Of a stretch of DNA of 49,589 bases, positions 49,241 to 49,589 are shown piece after piece. Source of the DNA: Octopus bimaculoides (lineage: Eukaryota); assembly GCF_001194135.2 (NCBI RefSeq), contig NC_068982.1, positions 190,191,537 to 190,241,125 of the forward strand, given 5' to 3'. Under the pieces are notes generated by a model, which saw nothing but the letters and a program-made list of their open reading frames with translations, searched no databases and had not been told where the DNA came from. How positions within the stretch are numbered: position 1 is the first letter of the stretch; every line of letters begins with the position of its first letter. A program made the translations under genes and the position numbers.

Positions 49241-49589
49241 GAGAGTATGAAGACCGGGAAAGCCCCCGGCCCATCAGGAATCACTGCAGAGATGCTCAAA
49301 ATATCTGGCAGTGTTGGCTATAGCCTAGTCACCCGTATTACGAACCAGGTGATACACGAAGGAGTCATACCCAATGACTGGTGTAGCAGCATCATAGTCA
49401 ACTGCTAGAAAGGTAAAGGTGACGCTTTAGATACAAATAATTACAGAGGCATCAAGCTGTTAGATCAGGTTATGAAAGTTACAGAGAGGGTCATAGCCCA
49501 ACTAATTAGGGAGCGAATCAATTTAGATGAGATGCAGTTTGGGTTCGTGCCAGGTAAAAGCACTACTGATGCCTTATTTCTAGTGAGAC
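49240..49589 (+). pseudogene. RTE-clade LINE reverse-transcriptase N-terminal region, runs off the window; one in-frame stop
   Basis: SMKTGKAPGPSGITAEMLK...IPNDWCSSIIVNC*KGKGDALDTNNYRGIKLLDQVMKVTERVI...QFGFVPGKSTTDALFLVR. Confidence 0.92.

Overview
Repeat-rich eukaryotic genomic DNA from a draft assembly with six N-gaps. The SINE, LINE and MITE content points to an octopus (inference, not a database result). Only one protein-coding feature is well supported: a 909-bp first coding exon (2303-3211, +) of a rapsyn (RAPSN) orthologue. It has an N-terminal MGQ myristoylation motif and TPR repeats, and ends at a GAG|GTAAGC donor matching the human exon 3/4 boundary. I could not find the downstream exons (remaining TPRs, coiled coil, RING-H2) in the other 46 kb. 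The rest is intron-like or intergenic: several SINE-like families (my labels A, B, C, D, F), three decayed RTE-clade LINE fragments, hAT/mariner/pogo/piggyBac-type MITEs, minisatellites and microsatellites. Almost all other ORFs in the supplied track are microsatellite or repeat artefacts. Best leads: (1) a tRNA-headed SINE carrying a Penelope-type minimal hammerhead ribozyme motif, present twice with different inactivating mutations; (2) all three RTE fragments sit directly behind a 3'-truncated SINE-A head on the same strand, suggesting SINE/LINE chimeras; (3) lineage-specific insertions in rapsyn, including a 27-aa polybasic tract; (4) long hairpin-forming elements; (5) a CpG-retaining domain at about 34-38.3 kb that may mark an unannotated promoter. 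Repeat boundaries are by eye and approximate unless a TSD is quoted.
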